A stretch of 64,000 bases of DNA. Origin: an uncultured Acidobacteriota bacterium (GTDB lineage Bacteria > Acidobacteriota > UBA6911). The DNA lies in contig CAWHCF010000045.1 of the NCBI GenBank assembly GCA_963827655.1, forward strand, positions 32,001-96,000, written 5' to 3'. Below, one piece after another: positions 62,003 to 64,000 of this stretch; within the stretch, counting starts at the first letter, position 1; each line of letters begins with the position of its first letter. The notes beneath the pieces were generated by a model. It did not search any database, was not told where the DNA came from, and was given only the letters and a program-made list of their open reading frames with translations. The translations under genes were made by a program, and so were the position numbers.

Positions 62003-63878
62003 CTAAGACCGCTCCCGCCCGAACGTGTTTCCGAAGTCGACGTCGACCTGGATCGAGTACGCGCGGCTATCGGGCTGCCGTAGCGCGGCCCCGTCCGCGG
62101 CCAGGATCATCACCCGCGCGCCGGCGGCGGGCGAAGTGTAAGCGATGACGCCGTTTTCGGGCTGAACGAAGCCGAAATAGCAACGCTTCGAGACCTGCAT
62201 CGCCTTGGGCAGAACGACTTGGTGAAAGCCCGCCCCGTCGATGTTTAGCGTCTCGGTCTCCGCGAGCACGCGATACTCTTCGTCGTACAGGCGCACGCGC
62301 AAGGAGCCCGGTCGCTTGGCGTAGACCCGCAGAACCCGGACCGGACCGAGCATGGTAATGGGCCGGTCGACGAAGGCGATCTCGACGCCGGCGGACGTGT
62401 CGACGTTCGGCCGATCGATGACCGCCAGCCCTTGCGGGTACGAGAAGACAAGGTCGTCGATTCGTACGGCGGGCGCGAACCCTGTCTCATAGAAGGTGAC
62501 GCCGTTGTCGGGGGTGCCGTTCTCCCCGGCCGAATCGTAGACGAAGACGTCGGCCTTGTCGGTGGGCGTGAGCGAATAGACGCGTCGATGCTGGCTGCAT
62601 TTCAAGGCCGCCCGCGGTCATCGAGAAGGTGATGGGCCCGTAGATGTCGTTGCGGTAAACCCCCGCGTGGTGCCCGGGGTCTTTGACCGGCTTGTCGCTT
62701 TTCTGATAACGAAATCTGGGCGGCGGGTGCAGCTCGGTGCGCATCGCCTCGACGATCACGTCGAGCAGAGTCTCGCCGTGGGTCTGGGGGTCGAGGTCCG
62801 TTCTGGTCTCGAGGTCGCGGGCGGTCAGCTCCGGGCGATGGCGCAGCAGTTCGAAGGCCGCGCAGATCGCCTCCGGCGCGCCCAGCGGCTCGCCGTTGGT
62901 CAGCGCGACGATGCCGAACTTGTCTTGCGGGAACAGGCTGACGCAGGTGGCGGCCCCCAGAGCAAAAGCGCCCGAATGGCCCAGCCGCTCGAGGAGGCCC
63001 CTGTCGTCGGCCTGCATGATCCAGCCGAGGGAATACACCTTCGGTGCCGGCATCGTCCGGGACAAGACCGCGGTGAGGTACTGGTGATACTTCTGGTCGG
63101 AGGCGTCGAGATCGATCCCCAGCCAGAGGCGCATCCACTGGGTGAGGTCGACGATCGTCGAGCTGACCCCGCCGGCCGGCGACTGCGCATCCGGGTTGCG
63201 CTCCTCGCCCCCCACGTGCCAGGTGCCGTCGGCGCCGCGCCGGTGAAGGGAGGCGCGGTTGGGCCGCCCGACGAAATCACCGTAGCGCGCGCTGGTTTGC
63301 GTCATCCGCGCCCGCTGAAAGAAGCTCTGGGCCAGGGCCTCCCAGGTGGTGCCGGCGGCGGCTGCGGCCGCGACCGCCGCGGCGGTGAACCCGAAGTTGG
63401 TGTACGCATAGGGGGCGGGCTCCGGCTCGCGGGGCAGCTTTCGTATCGCCTCGAGCACCTCGTCGCGCCCGTGACCCTGATCTTCGAGCTTGTCTCCCGC
63501 GTGGTCGGACAGGCCGCTTCGGTGCGAGAGCAACTGGTCGAACGTCGGGGGATGGTCGCGCCAGGCCCCGGGGACCTTGTCGAGCCACTTGAGCTTGCCG
63601 CCGGCCGGCGCGGTCAGCCCCGCGAGGACTGTGGTCGTGATGGGCTTCGACACAGACGCGAGCTGAAATACGGTGTCCCTATCGACGGCCAAACCCGGGG
63701 CGGCCAAGCTGCGCACGCCCGCGCACTTCTCGCCGAGGAACGGTCCCCGAGCGCCGGTCGCGCCGCCGACCACGGCGACGGCGACCCCCGGGACCCCGAG
63801 CTTGTCTTTCACATGGTCGATGTACGAACAGAGCTCACCCCAGAACTTGAGTTCGCCTTGCTGCAAAGCTTTTGGCAT
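62003..63878 (-). CDS. Serine hydrolase (beta-lactamase class C-like) with extra C-terminal domains (frameshift near 62594)
   Basis: FQLASVSK (SxxK), YAYTN (YxN) and GHSGAF; G.Y.ND.YG (DUF3471-like), continuing in ORF 62003..62605; GAGGAGG RBS. Confidence 0.85.
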
Positions 63879-64000
63879 GATGACGTCCTCCTCGAATCAA
63901 GGCCCAACACGCAGCGGTACACACCAGAAACGACCGTCCTTACTTCAGATCGTGAAGCTGGACGTACTGCAACACATTTCCTTCCTTCAGAGCCTTGTCG

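Overview
GC-rich bacterial DNA whose gene content (two Oar-type TonB-dependent receptors, a PadR plus duplicated-MacB 'ADOP' permease pair, a winged-helix sensor, a TolB/TPR Ser/Thr kinase, a planctomycete-type cytochrome c/DUF1501 pair) suggests Acidobacteria; this assignment is inference. There are about 40 accessory genes, mostly secreted hydrolases, transporters and small stress proteins. No rRNA, tRNA or CRISPR array was seen. The window is a patchwork: intact one- to three-gene units are separated by short remnants of unrelated genes (DUF1697, MocR, ParE, Zn-ADH, radical SAM, IS1-like and integrase-type transposases) and by several repeat families. The most notable structures are: (i) a divergent lgt + phoD pair bracketed by an inverted pair of ~35-bp repeats; (ii) a VOC gene between a canonical attC site and a decayed one, with no integrase in the window; (iii) a three-layer nested palindromic element at 19612-19940; (iv) ~10-11-bp periodic YTTA boxes upstream of two genes near the winged-helix regulator. 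Eight otherwise intact genes carry single-base frameshifts, most likely long-read consensus errors. No complete, clearly novel multi-gene system can be proven from the sequence alone.
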